This document shows positions 7,374 to 16,315 of a stretch of DNA of 32,000 nt, one piece after another. How positions within the stretch are numbered: position 1 is the stretch's first letter; each line of letters begins with the position of its first letter. Origin of the DNA: Massilicoli timonensis (GTDB lineage Bacteria > Bacillota_I > Bacilli_A > Erysipelotrichales > Erysipelotrichaceae); contig NZ_LT963434.1 of the NCBI RefSeq assembly GCF_900199515.1, positions 1,532,180 through 1,564,179 on the forward strand. The letters are read 5' to 3'. The position numbers and the translations under genes were made by a program. The notes under the pieces are model-generated. The model was not told the origin of the DNA. It ran no database searches and was given only the letters and a program-made list of their open reading frames with translations.

Positions 7374-7739
7374 ATGCTGTACACAGAAAAAGAGAAAAAT
7401 GAGATTGAGCGCGTCCGCAAAGTGTTTGAGAAACATATCCAGCAGATGACCGCTTATGATTTGGTTTGGTCGGACAAGGTCGGCTATGTGTGGCTGGCAA
7501 TATCTATCGACCCGGTCTATATCGACACCGGCAACTGGATAGAGTCCGCTGCCGGTCTTTGTTATGAGTGCTTGAATGATATAGCACTGGATGTTTTCGG
7601 AATGACCGGAAACGACCATGACTTTGAGGACGCCGACCCGCTGGAACTGGCCGAGATTAAGAGGCGCTGGAAACCCTATATCGACCAACTGCCGGAATAT
7701 GCGTACATTTGCGACGAACTGCTAAGCGGCCGCAAGTAA
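7374..7739 (+). CDS. hypothetical protein (lower GC than its neighbours)
   Basis: ATG 7374 lies 8 nt after AAGGAGG (ATG 7368 is the alternative). 121 aa with no motif I recognise. Confidence 0.5.
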   Translation: MLYTEKEKNEIERVRKVFEKHIQQMTAYDLVWSDKVGYVWLAISIDPVYIDTGNWIESAAGLCYECLNDIALDVFGMTGNDHDFEDADPLELAEIKRRWKPYIDQLPEYAYICDELLSGRK

Positions 7740-7752
7740 TTCTACTCGCCTG

Positions 7753-7790
7753 AGTGTCAGGAGCATGAAAGTGCTTCTGGCACTTTTTTT
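7753..7790 (+). terminator. intrinsic terminator
   Basis: 13-bp stem AGTGTCAGGAGCA / TGCTTCTGGCACT (2 G-U pairs), 6-nt loop, then a T7 run. Confidence 0.6.
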
Positions 7791-7826
7791 GTGGCCTTTT
7801 TATGAATTTGATTAAAAAGTCCTTGA

Positions 7827-8723
7827 CAACTCGTTTCGGGCAAGACCGCGAAAAGCATTTTGATTTCCTGCGGCTCCCGGCTGGCCCCCTTTGACATCCC
7901 CCAGCTCCGGGAGATCATGAGCTATGACGAACTGGAACTTGACCGCATCGGGGATCGGAAAACAGCGGTTTTCTTTACGATTTCCGACACAACCCCGACT
8001 TATAACTTCATTGTGGCCCTGGCCTTTTCGCAGATGTTCAATCTTCTGTGTGAACGGGCGGACAATGTTCACGGGGGCCGCCTGCCCCATCATGTGCGGG
8101 TGCTGTGGGACGAGGCGGCCAACACGGGCCAGGTGCCCTCGCTGGAGAAGCTGGTGGCCGTGATCCGTTCCCGCGAGGTGAGTCTGTGCCTGTTCTACCA
8201 GCAGTACGCGCAGTGCAAGGCCATTTACAAAGATAACGCGGAAACGATCCTGGGAAACATGGACAGCGTGATCTTCCTGGGTGGCCGGGAAAGCTCCACC
8301 ATCAAGGAGATTTCCGAGAACTGGCTGGGAAAGGCCACCATCTCCATGCAGACCGAGGGCCGCTCCCGTGGGCAGTCGGAAAGCTACAACCAGAATACCC
8401 AGCGGCTGGGCCGGGAGCTGATGACCCCCAGCGAGCTGGCTACCATGCCGGGCGACAAGTGCATTTTGCAGTTGCGGGGCCTGCCCCCGTTCTTTTCGTC
8501 CAAATACGATTTGAAACAGCACCCGAACTACAAGTACACGGCTGAGGCCGATAAAAAGAAAAACGCCTTTGACCTGGATAAGCTCATCAACCGCCGCAGG
8601 CGGCCTGGGCTTTCCGAGGCTTGTGAGGTGTACGAGGTAGACGCATCGGACACGGGGCCCGTAAACGAGGACGAGGACATCCTCAATTACGACGACGTGG
8701 ACGATCCGGATGCCTATGTATAA
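7827..8723 (+). pseudogene. 5'-truncated VirD4/TraG-type coupling protein (T4CP): C-terminal ~290 aa only
   Basis: Homology-like sequence (SGKTAKSILISCGSRLAPFDI...VRVLWDEAANTG...) begins right after an in-frame TGA at 7824-7826. No Walker A or N-terminal TM region anywhere upstream. Intact homologs are ~600 aa as I remember them. Confidence 0.7.
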
Positions 8724-8729
8724 ATCACT

Positions 8730-8748
8730 TCTGGACAAAGTGTCCAGA
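8730..8748. repeat. ICE palindrome copy 1 (centre AAG)
   Basis: cacTTCTGGACAaagTGTCCAGAGGtcg; 7 nt after the T4CP stop. Confidence 0.9.
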
Positions 8749-8759
8749 GGTCGCAACCT

Positions 8760-8783
8760 GCCGCCAGAAATGGCGGCTTTTTT
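8760..8783 (+). terminator. intrinsic terminator
   Basis: GCCGCCA-gaaa-TGGCGGC followed by TTTTTT. Confidence 0.65.
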
Positions 8784-8818
8784 CATGGCCGGGGAACACC
8801 CGGAGAAATGGAGGCTAT

Positions 8819-9031
8819 ATGCAGTTCTTTTCTTCCGCTATTGATACTTTGCAGACCCTTGTTGTGGCTCTCGGCGCTGGCCTGGGCGTGTGGGGCGTTG
8901 TCAATCTTCTGGAGGGCTACGGCTCGGACAACCCTGGCTCCAAAAGCCAGGGTATGAAGCAGCTCATGGCGGGCGGCGGCATCATCCTGCTGGGCACCAC
9001 CCTGATCCCTCTGCTGTCTGGCCTGTTTTAA
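8819..9031 (+). CDS. Maff2-family small membrane protein
   Basis: MQFFSSAIDTLQTLVVALGAGLGVWGVVNLLEGYGSDNPGSKSQGMKQLMAGGG matches Maff2-family proteins as I remember them. Confidence 0.75.
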   Translation: MQFFSSAIDTLQTLVVALGAGLGVWGVVNLLEGYGSDNPGSKSQGMKQLMAGGGIILLGTTLIPLLSGLF

Positions 9032-9042
9032 GGTAAGGGCCT

Positions 9043-9909
9043 ATGGATTTTCTCACCGACTGGCTCACGGACTGGCTCAAAGAGCTGTTGATTGGCGGGA
9101 TCATGGGGAACCTGGAGGGGCTCTTTGATTACGTCAATACCCAAGTCGGAGAGATCGCGGTACAGGTGGGGACTACCCCGGCGGCGTGGAACGCCGGGGT
9201 ATTTTCCCTCATCCGCCAGCTTTCCGAAACGGTGATTTTACCGATTGCCGGGCTGGTACTGACCTTTGTTGCCACCTATGAGCTCATTCAGATGCTTTTG
9301 GAAAAAAACAATATGCACGAGTTTGACGTGGCGAATATCTACAAATGGATGTTCAAAACGGCTTGTGCCATCTTCATTCTCTCGAATACCTTTGATATTG
9401 TGATGGCCGTCTTTGACGTGTCGCAGACGGTGATTGCCCAGGCCGGAGGGCTCATCCAGGGCTCCACGGACATCACGCCGGATATGATTACGGAGCTGGA
9501 AACCACCCTGGAGGGGATGGATTTAGGGCCGCTTCTCGGCCTGTGGCTCCAGTCCTCCATTATCGGCGTAACCATGTGGGCGCTGGGCATCGTCATCTTT
9601 GTCCTGGTCTACGGGAGGATGCTGGAAATCTATTTGCTCACCAGTTTGGCCCCGATCCCTATGGCGACAATCTCCCACCGGGAGGTAGGCCAGATCGGGC
9701 AGAACTATCTGCGCTCCCTCTTTGCCGTGGGCTTCCAGGGGATGCTCATTCTGGTGTGCGTTGCAATCTATGCGGTGCTGATCCAGGGGATTGCCACGGG
9801 CGGAGATCCCATCGGGGCGATCTGGGGCACCGTGGGCTATACGGTTTTGCTCTGCTTCATGCTGTTCAAAACCGGGACGATAGCGCGCAGCATCTTTAGC
9901 GCGCACTAA
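9043..9909 (+). CDS. VirB6/TrbL-like polytopic membrane protein (CD0415/CD1112 family)
   Basis: 288 aa with multiple hydrophobic helices. The N-terminus MDFLTDWLTDWLKELLIGGIMGNL is typical of this ICE family. Confidence 0.7.
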   Translation: MDFLTDWLTDWLKELLIGGIMGNLEGLFDYVNTQVGEIAVQVGTTPAAWNAGVFSLIRQLSETVILPIAGLVLTFVATYELIQMLLEKNNMHEFDVANIYKWMFKTACAIFILSNTFDIVMAVFDVSQTVIAQAGGLIQGSTDITPDMITELETTLEGMDLGPLLGLWLQSSIIGVTMWALGIVIFVLVYGRMLEIYLLTSLAPIPMATISHREVGQIGQNYLRSLFAVGFQGMLILVCVAIYAVLIQGIATGGDPIGAIWGTVGYTVLLCFMLFKTGTIARSIFSAH

Positions 9910-9923
9910 GGAGGTTTGATTTT

Positions 9924-10490
9924 ATGGCGAATATGCAGACGGCGGCACAAGGCGCCCCCGTTATGGACGAGGCGGCGATGGCGGAAATGCGCCGCCTGAT
10001 TTTTGAAGCGCCCATCCAGGAGCTGGCGGACGCCCAGGGCATTTCCATTGACGAGGCCGTACAGCTCCGGGTGGAGAAAAACCTGGAGGCCGCCGAGGTG
10101 CCTATCGAGGTGTCGGTGCGGCCCATTGAGCCCCAGGGCAAGCTGATTGGCTTTGCCAGCGTGAATATCGGCGGCATCGTGATTGACGATTTTAAGGTAG
10201 TCAACGGGAAAAACGGGATCTTCCTGGGTGAGCCCAGCAAACCCGATCCCACAACCCGGACGGGCTACCGTTCCACAGCGCGGGTGACAAACCGGGCCTT
10301 GCAGGAGCGGCTGAGCGCGGCGGCGGCAGACGGCTACAACATGGCCGTGGAAAAGCTGATTGCCCGCGCCGAGGCCCTGCGTCCAAAGCCGATCCGGGAG
10401 CAGATGGCAAACGCGGCAAAGGAGGCCGCAAAGGAAAACGCCACCCGGCCCGCCCAGGCAAAGGGCAAGGAGGCCAGGGATGACCGATAA
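9924..10490 (+). CDS. SpoVG-like protein
   Basis: Core KLIGFASVNIGGIVIDDFKVVNGKNGIFLGEPSKPD resembles the SpoVG fold signature. SD TAAGGAGG upstream. Confidence 0.65.
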   Translation: MANMQTAAQGAPVMDEAAMAEMRRLIFEAPIQELADAQGISIDEAVQLRVEKNLEAAEVPIEVSVRPIEPQGKLIGFASVNIGGIVIDDFKVVNGKNGIFLGEPSKPDPTTRTGYRSTARVTNRALQERLSAAAADGYNMAVEKLIARAEALRPKPIREQMANAAKEAAKENATRPAQAKGKEARDDR

Positions 10491-11274
10491 GGGCACCTCT
10501 GGACAAAGTGTCCAGAAGTCCCCAAAGCTCTTGGAGGGGCTGTTCCTCATGGATGGCATCGAGGGCCTGCGCTCCCTGCCCCGTCATTCCGTGGATATGC
10601 TCTTGACCGATCCTCCGTATGGCACCACCCGGAACTTTTGGGATGTGCCCCTGCCGCTCCCGGAGCTGTGGGAGGCGGTGAAATGGGCGGTCAAGCCGGA
10701 CGGCGCGATCCTGTTCTTTGCTCAGTGCCCCTATGACAAGGTGCTGGGTGCATCCAACCTGTCCATGCTCCGCTATGAGTGGGTATGGTACAAAAGCCGA
10801 TGCACAGGTTTTCTCAACGCGAGGCGGGCCCCGTTAAAAAAGACGGAGAACATCCTGGTGTTCTACCAGAAGCTCCCCCTTTACAATCCGCAGTTTGAAC
10901 AGGGCAAGCCTTACAAACGGAGTTTGACAAACAACGGGGACAGCCCCAACTATGGAAAATTCGTCCGTACCACGGGCGGCTCGGAGGACGGCTTGCGGTT
11001 TCCGGGGAATGTGCTCACGTTCCCCACCGTCCAGCGCACCGTCCACCCCACGCAGAAGCCGGTGGCCCTGTGCGAGTATTTTATCAAGACCTATACCCGG
11101 CCCGGCGAGCTGGTGGCGGACATCTGCGCGGGCTCCGGCACAACGGCGGTGGCCGCTCTCAACACGGGCCGCCGTTTCCTCTGTTTTGAAACCGTCCCGG
11201 CCTACTATGCTGCCGCCAGCGAGCGCATCCGTGTGGCAGGCGCGGCGGTGGAGGCCGGGGAGAAAGGAGTGTAA
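10480..11274 (+). CDS. beta-class N6-adenine/N4-cytosine DNA methyltransferase (orphan)
   Basis: DPPYG (motif IV) precedes TVHPTQKP and DICAGSGTTAVAA (motif I). ATG 10480 lies 7 nt after AAGGAGG. Confidence 0.85.
   Translation: MTDKGTSGQSVQKSPKLLEGLFLMDGIEGLRSLPRHSVDMLLTDPPYGTTRNFWDVPLPLPELWEAVKWAVKPDGAILFFAQCPYDKVLGASNLSMLRYEWVWYKSRCTGFLNARRAPLKKTENILVFYQKLPLYNPQFEQGKPYKRSLTNNGDSPNYGKFVRTTGGSEDGLRFPGNVLTFPTVQRTVHPTQKPVALCEYFIKTYTRPGELVADICAGSGTTAVAALNTGRRFLCFETVPAYYAAASERIRVAGAAVEAGEKGV
10498..10516. repeat. ICE palindrome copy 2 (centre AAG)
   Basis: cacCTCTGGACAaagTGTCCAGAAGtcc; inside codons 7-13 of the methyltransferase ORF. Confidence 0.9.
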
Positions 11275-11276
11275 CT

Positions 11277-11852
11277 ATCAGGAAATATTCTGTGATCTAC
11301 GCCGATCCCCCCTGGCGGTATGCTCAAAAGGGCTTGCAGGGGGCGGCGGAAAAACACTACCCCACAATGGGGATTGACGAGTTATGCACGCTCCCGGTGG
11401 CGGATCTGGCGGCCCCGGACAGCGTGCTTTTTTTGTGGGCCACGTTCCCGCAACTCCCGGAGGCCCTGCGGCTCATCAAGGCGTGGGGCTTCACCTACAA
11501 GAGCGTTGCTTTCGTCTGGTTGAAGAAAAACCGCAAGTCCGAGGGCTGGTTCTATGGCCTGGGCTTCTGGACGCGGGGCAACGCGGAGGTCTGCCTGCTG
11601 GCAACACGGGGACACCCGAAACGGCAGGCGGCAAACGTCCATCAATTCATTATTTCCCCTATCCAGGAGCACAGCCGCAAGCCGGAGGAGGCCCGTGAAA
11701 AGATCGTGGCTCTCATGGGCGATGTGTCCAGGGTGGAGCTGTTCGCCCGGCAGTCCCCGCCCGGCTGGGACGTGTGGGGGAACGAGGTGGAAAGCACCAT
11801 CCCGGACTTCTGGACAAAGTGTCCAGAGGTGGCCGGGGACAGAAAGGAGTGA
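11277..11852 (+). CDS. MT-A70-family DNA methyltransferase (orphan). Start is ATC 11277 (SD-positioned) or GTG 11292.
   Basis: VIYADPPWRY (DPPW motif) and KAWGFTYKSVAFVWLK. No nuclease gene adjacent. Confidence 0.8.
   Translation: MRKYSVIYADPPWRYAQKGLQGAAEKHYPTMGIDELCTLPVADLAAPDSVLFLWATFPQLPEALRLIKAWGFTYKSVAFVWLKKNRKSEGWFYGLGFWTRGNAEVCLLATRGHPKRQAANVHQFIISPIQEHSRKPEEAREKIVALMGDVSRVELFARQSPPGWDVWGNEVESTIPDFWTKCPEVAGDRKE
11809..11827. repeat. ICE palindrome copy 3 (centre AAG)
   Basis: ggacTTCTGGACAaagTGTCCAGAGGtggccgggg; encodes the FWTKCPEV tail of the MT-A70 ORF. Confidence 0.9.
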
Positions 11853-12253
11853 TTGAAATTCCCTATGTAAATGTCCCCAACGACTTATCCAAAATCAAGA
11901 CCAAACTTGCCTTTAACCTGACGAAACGCCAGCTTGTGTGCTTCGGGATCGCGGCGGCGGTGGGCATCCCGTCCTACCTGCTGGCCCGGAGCACCATCGG
12001 CAACACCGGGGCCATGTTCCTGATGATGGGGGTGGCGCTCCCGGCGTTTCTGCTGGCGATGTATGAAAAAGACGGCCTCCCCTTTGAAAAGGTGGTGCGG
12101 AATGTCCTGCGGGCGAAGTTCCTGCGGCCTGGGGTGAGGCCCTACCAGACGGAAAATATCTATGCCCCGTTCACCCAGCGGGGCGCTGTGCGAAAGGAGG
12201 ATGCGATTGCAGAAAGCAAAAAGCCAAAAGCGCGGCCCCGGAAAGGCCGCTAA
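11849..12253 (+). CDS. PrgI-like small T4SS membrane protein. Start is GTG 11849 or ATT 11858.
   Basis: IPYVNVPNDLSKIKTKLAFNLTKRQLVCFG followed by two TM helices, as in PrgI-family proteins. Confidence 0.65.
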   Translation: MIEIPYVNVPNDLSKIKTKLAFNLTKRQLVCFGIAAAVGIPSYLLARSTIGNTGAMFLMMGVALPAFLLAMYEKDGLPFEKVVRNVLRAKFLRPGVRPYQTENIYAPFTQRGAVRKEDAIAESKKPKARPRKGR

Positions 12254-14570
12254 CCGGAAAGCTGTTTTGTCCGCCCAGCAGACCATCCCTTATCTGGTGA
12301 TGCACCCGGACGGCGTGTGCCAGCTCCCCGGCGGGCTCTACACAAAGACGGTGGAATATGAGGACATCAACTATTCCGTTGCGTCTACGGAGGATCAGAC
12401 GGCGATTTTCAGCGGGTGGAGCTCGTTCCTCAACTACTTCGACAGCTCCCTGCCGTTCCAGCTATCCTTTATCAACCGCCGCTCCCGTTCCCGGAGCCGC
12501 TACAAGGTAAACATTCCCCCGGCCCAGGATGACTTTGACAGCATCCGGGCCGAGTTTACGGGGATGCTGAAAAACCAGATCGCCAAAAGCAACAACGGCA
12601 TCGAGCGGTCAAAATATATCACCTTTGGCCTGCCCGCCGAGGGGATCGCGGAAGCCCGCCCCCGCCTGGAACGGGTGGAGGCCGATGTGACAGGCAACCT
12701 CAAACGGCTGGGCGTTCCCTCTGTCCCGATGGACGGACAGGCGCGGCTGGCCCTGCTCCACGGGCAGATGCATCCCGGCAACCGGGAGCCGTTCCGCTTC
12801 TCCTGGCAGGACATCCCCAAAACCGGGCTTGGCACAAAGGACTATATCGCGCCGGACAGCTTCGACTTCCGGCAGGCCAGGACGTTCCGCATCGGCCAAT
12901 ACTGGGGTGCGGCGTCCTACTTGCAAATTTTGGCGTCCGAGCTCTCGGACAAGCTCCTGGCGGAGATCCTGGAGCTGGATGCGGAAATGACGGTTACTCT
13001 CCACATTCAGACGGTGGATCAGCTTAAAGCCATTAAGACCATCAAGGGCAAAATCTCCGACATCGGCAAAATGAAGGTGGAGGAACAGCGCAAGGCGGTG
13101 CGGGCCGGGTACGATCCCGACATCCTGCCCCCTGACCTGATTACATTCAGCAAGGACGCGGCGGAGCTCCTGGCCGATCTGCAGTCCCGCAACGAGCGGA
13201 TGTTCCTCTTGACGTTTACGGTTATCAATATCGCGCCCACCCGCCAGCGGCTGGAAAACGATGTGTTCACGGTGGGCGGCATCGCGCAGAAATACAACTG
13301 CGCTTTGAAGCGGCTGGACTGGCAACAGGAGCAGGGCTTTGTGTCCTCTCTGGCCCTGGGCTATAACGAGGTGGAAATCCAGCGGGGCATGACTACCAGC
13401 TCCACGGCGATTTTCATTCCCTTTATGACCAGGGAGCTGCGGATGGCCGGGCCGTCCCTCTACTACGGCATGAACGCCCTTTCCCACAACGTCATCATGG
13501 CGGATCGCAAGAAGCTGAAATCGGCCAACGGCTTGTATCTCGGCTCCACGGGCTCCGGCAAGAGTTTTGCCGCAAAGCGCGAGATCATCAACGTGTTTCT
13601 CGCTATCCCCAAAGACCGCATTATCATTGTCGATCCGATGGGGGAATATGCCCCGCTGGTGCGGAGGCTGGGCGGCCAGGTGGTGGAGATCGCGCCCGGC
13701 TCCCCCAGCCATATCAACCCGATGGACATCCAGCTTGATCTGGACGATGACGAAAGCCCGCTTTCCATGAAAGCGGATTTTTTGTTGTCCCTGTGCGAGC
13801 TGGTGGTGGGCGGCAAAGACGGCCTGCAACCCATTGAAAAGACGGTGATTGACCGCTGTGTGCGGCTGGTCTACCGGGAGCAGGCCCTGGGAATTGCCAC
13901 GGGAAAAACGCCGCTGTTGCAGGACTTGTACGAGGAGCTTCTCAAACAGCCGGAGCCGGAGGCACGCCGGGTGGCAACCGCCCTGGAGCTCTACTGTACG
14001 GGCTCCCTTAACCTGTTCAACCATCAGACTAACGTAAAACTGACGGCGCATATTGTCTGCATCGTCCTCAAAGGGCTGGGAGAAAACCTCCGCAAAATCG
14101 CTATGCACGTTACCAACGACTTTGTAACTTCGGCGGTCAATGTGAATTTCCACAACGGCGTTTCTACCTGGTGCTACTTTGACGAGTTCCACATCCTGCT
14201 CCGGGACGCGCTCACCGCCAGCTACTTTGTAGCCGTGTGGAAGATGCTCCGCAAAAAGGGCTGTGTGCCCTCAGCTTTAACGCAGAACGTCAAAGACCTT
14301 TTGGCCAGCCGGGAGATCGAGGCCATTCTGGACAACACGGACTTTATGATCCTGCTGTCCCAGGCCCAAAGTGACCGGGCGATTTTGGCGAAACAGCTCG
14401 GCATTTCCGAGCATCAGCTCTCCTACATCACCCACTCCAATTCCGGCGAGGGCCTGCTGTTCTATGGGGATGTGACCATCCCCTTTGTGGATCGGTTCCC
14501 CCGTGGGGAGATCTATAACCTGCTGACCACGCGCCCGGAGGACTTGAAGAATGAAGCGAAAACCGAATAA
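12207..14570 (+). CDS. VirB4-like conjugal transfer ATPase (CD1110 type)
   Basis: SAQQTIPY N-terminal motif. Walker A GSTGSGKSFAAK and Walker B WCYFDEFHILL. Start alternatives are ATG 12201, TTG 12207 and TTG 12267. Confidence 0.9.
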   Translation: MQKAKSQKRGPGKAANRKAVLSAQQTIPYLVMHPDGVCQLPGGLYTKTVEYEDINYSVASTEDQTAIFSGWSSFLNYFDSSLPFQLSFINRRSRSRSRYKVNIPPAQDDFDSIRAEFTGMLKNQIAKSNNGIERSKYITFGLPAEGIAEARPRLERVEADVTGNLKRLGVPSVPMDGQARLALLHGQMHPGNREPFRFSWQDIPKTGLGTKDYIAPDSFDFRQARTFRIGQYWGAASYLQILASELSDKLLAEILELDAEMTVTLHIQTVDQLKAIKTIKGKISDIGKMKVEEQRKAVRAGYDPDILPPDLITFSKDAAELLADLQSRNERMFLLTFTVINIAPTRQRLENDVFTVGGIAQKYNCALKRLDWQQEQGFVSSLALGYNEVEIQRGMTTSSTAIFIPFMTRELRMAGPSLYYGMNALSHNVIMADRKKLKSANGLYLGSTGSGKSFAAKREIINVFLAIPKDRIIIVDPMGEYAPLVRRLGGQVVEIAPGSPSHINPMDIQLDLDDDESPLSMKADFLLSLCELVVGGKDGLQPIEKTVIDRCVRLVYREQALGIATGKTPLLQDLYEELLKQPEPEARRVATALELYCTGSLNLFNHQTNVKLTAHIVCIVLKGLGENLRKIAMHVTNDFVTSAVNVNFHNGVSTWCYFDEFHILLRDALTASYFVAVWKMLRKKGCVPSALTQNVKDLLASREIEAILDNTDFMILLSQAQSDRAILAKQLGISEHQLSYITHSNSGEGLLFYGDVTIPFVDRFPRGEIYNLLTTRPEDLKNEAKTE

Positions 14571-16302
14571 ACCCGAACAAGAGCCCAGGGAGCGCCCCGG
14601 CTCCTGGGAGGAGCCCGCCGATCCCGGCGGCGCTTCTTCCGGGAACGCTGGGGGTGGCTCCCCAGGCGGTGCCGGGACAGAGGGCACTTCTGGACAAAGT
14701 GTCCACAAGTCAAAGTTCCGGCAGAAAAGCAAACAGGAGCAGGCCGCCGCTTCTAAGCTCCGCATGGAAAAGCGCGGGGAAAAGCTGGAGGCGGCCAAAG
14801 ACAAGCTGGCAAAACAGAAGCCCCCGAAAAAGCCCGGCCCCATCCGGCGGGTAGGCCGCGCCGCTGGCGGGGCCGCCCACGGCTTTGTGCATGGGAAGAT
14901 TTATGAAAACGAGCAGGAAAATGTGGGCATCGAGGGGGCCCACCGCTCCGAGCTGGTGGGCGAGGCCGCCCTGCGGCATGGCTCCCGGTTTGTGAAGCGG
15001 AAAGTCCGGGAACACCCGGCAAAGGCCGTCCAGCGGGCTGAGTCAAAATATGTCAAGGCCACGGCGGACTATCACTTCCGCATGGCCGCCCAGGAACACC
15101 CGGAGATGTCCGGCAACCCGGTTTCCCGGATGTGGCGCAGGCACCGCTTGAAAAAGCAGTATCAGAAGCGGGCGCGGGAGGCGGTCAAGACCGGGGCGGC
15201 AGGCGCGGCGAAAAAGACAGCCGCCGCCACGGAAAAGGCCGGGGCAAAAGCGGTAGGCTTTGTGAAGCGGCATCCCGTGGGGGTGGTGCTGGCCCTGGCC
15301 TGTGTGCTCTTGCTCTTTATGATGCAGTCCTGTTCATCGTCACTGGTAATGCTGGGGAACTCCGGCGCGGGGGCGGTGGGCGCGACTACCTACCCATCCC
15401 AGGATGAGGAAATGCTGGCGGCGGAGGCGGCCTACTGCGGTATGGAGGCAGAGCTCCAGGACTACCTGGACAGCTACGAAAGCACCCACGACTATGACGA
15501 GTACCACTTCGACTTGGACAGCATTGAGCACGATCCCTATGTGCTGATCTCTATCCTGTCTGTGCTCCATGAGGGGGCATGGATGCTGGATCAGGTGCAG
15601 GGGACGATGGAAACCCTCTTTGACCGCCAGTACATTCTCACCGAGGATGTGGTGGTGGAGGTGCGCTATCGGACGGAAAGCCGGACGGACAGCGAGGGCA
15701 ACTCCTACACGGTAGAGGTGCCCTACAATTACTATATTTGTTATGTAACGCTGGAAAACCGCAACCTGTCCCATCTGCCCCTGGAAATGATGAACGAGGA
15801 GCAGATGTCCCGGTATTCCCTCTATATGTCTACCCTGGGGAACCGGCCTGACCTGTTCCCGGAGTCGGCCTATGTGGGGAAATATGTTACCAACCCGCCC
15901 GCCGAATATGACGTGCCGGGGGAATATCTGGACGATGAAACCTTTGCGGCCATGCTCACCGAGGCGGAGAAATACCTGGGCTATCCCTATGTGTGGGGCG
16001 GGAGCTCTCCGGCCACGTCCTTTGACTGCTCCGGCTTCGTGTCCTGGGTGATCAATCACAGCGGCTGGAATGTGGGCCGCCTGGGAGCCCAGGGGCTCTA
16101 TAACATCTGCACCCCTACCAGCAATCCAAAGCCCGGCGATCTGGTGTTCTTTGTCGGCACCTATGACACGGCGGGCGTGTCCCACTGTGGCATCTATGTG
16201 GGGGACGGGATGATGATCCACTGTGGAGATCCCATCCAATATGCAAACTTAAATACAAGTTACTGGCAATCCCATTTCTACGCCTACGGGCGTTTACCCT
16301 GA
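14551..16302 (+). CDS. T4SS-associated cell-wall hydrolase with C-terminal NlpC/P60 domain (CD1108 type)
   Basis: C-terminus GYPYVWGGSSPATSFDCSGFVSWV...SHCGIYVGDGMMIHCG (Cys-His NlpC/P60 signature). Central TM segment. Confidence 0.85.
   Translation: MKRKPNKPEQEPRERPGSWEEPADPGGASSGNAGGGSPGGAGTEGTSGQSVHKSKFRQKSKQEQAAASKLRMEKRGEKLEAAKDKLAKQKPPKKPGPIRRVGRAAGGAAHGFVHGKIYENEQENVGIEGAHRSELVGEAALRHGSRFVKRKVREHPAKAVQRAESKYVKATADYHFRMAAQEHPEMSGNPVSRMWRRHRLKKQYQKRAREAVKTGAAGAAKKTAAATEKAGAKAVGFVKRHPVGVVLALACVLLLFMMQSCSSSLVMLGNSGAGAVGATTYPSQDEEMLAAEAAYCGMEAELQDYLDSYESTHDYDEYHFDLDSIEHDPYVLISILSVLHEGAWMLDQVQGTMETLFDRQYILTEDVVVEVRYRTESRTDSEGNSYTVEVPYNYYICYVTLENRNLSHLPLEMMNEEQMSRYSLYMSTLGNRPDLFPESAYVGKYVTNPPAEYDVPGEYLDDETFAAMLTEAEKYLGYPYVWGGSSPATSFDCSGFVSWVINHSGWNVGRLGAQGLYNICTPTSNPKPGDLVFFVGTYDTAGVSHCGIYVGDGMMIHCGDPIQYANLNTSYWQSHFYAYGRLP
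14689..14707. repeat. ICE palindrome copy 4 (centre AAG, 1 mismatch)
   Basis: cacTTCTGGACAaagTGTCCAcAAGtca; inside the N-terminal region of the hydrolase ORF. Confidence 0.85.
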
Positions 16303-16315
16303 TAAGGAGGTATCT

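Noticed and set aside
7860-8723. Treating the T4CP fragment as an intact 287-aa gene starting at TTG 7860
   Set aside because: Homolog-like sequence continues upstream of 7860 to an in-frame stop at 7824. There is no SD, and the ATPase N-terminal half with Walker A is missing. It is better called a truncated gene.
10480-11852. A complete restriction-modification system
   Set aside because: Only methyltransferase motifs (DPPY, DPPW) are present. The neighbouring genes are SpoVG-like and PrgI-like, and I saw no nuclease or specificity subunit.
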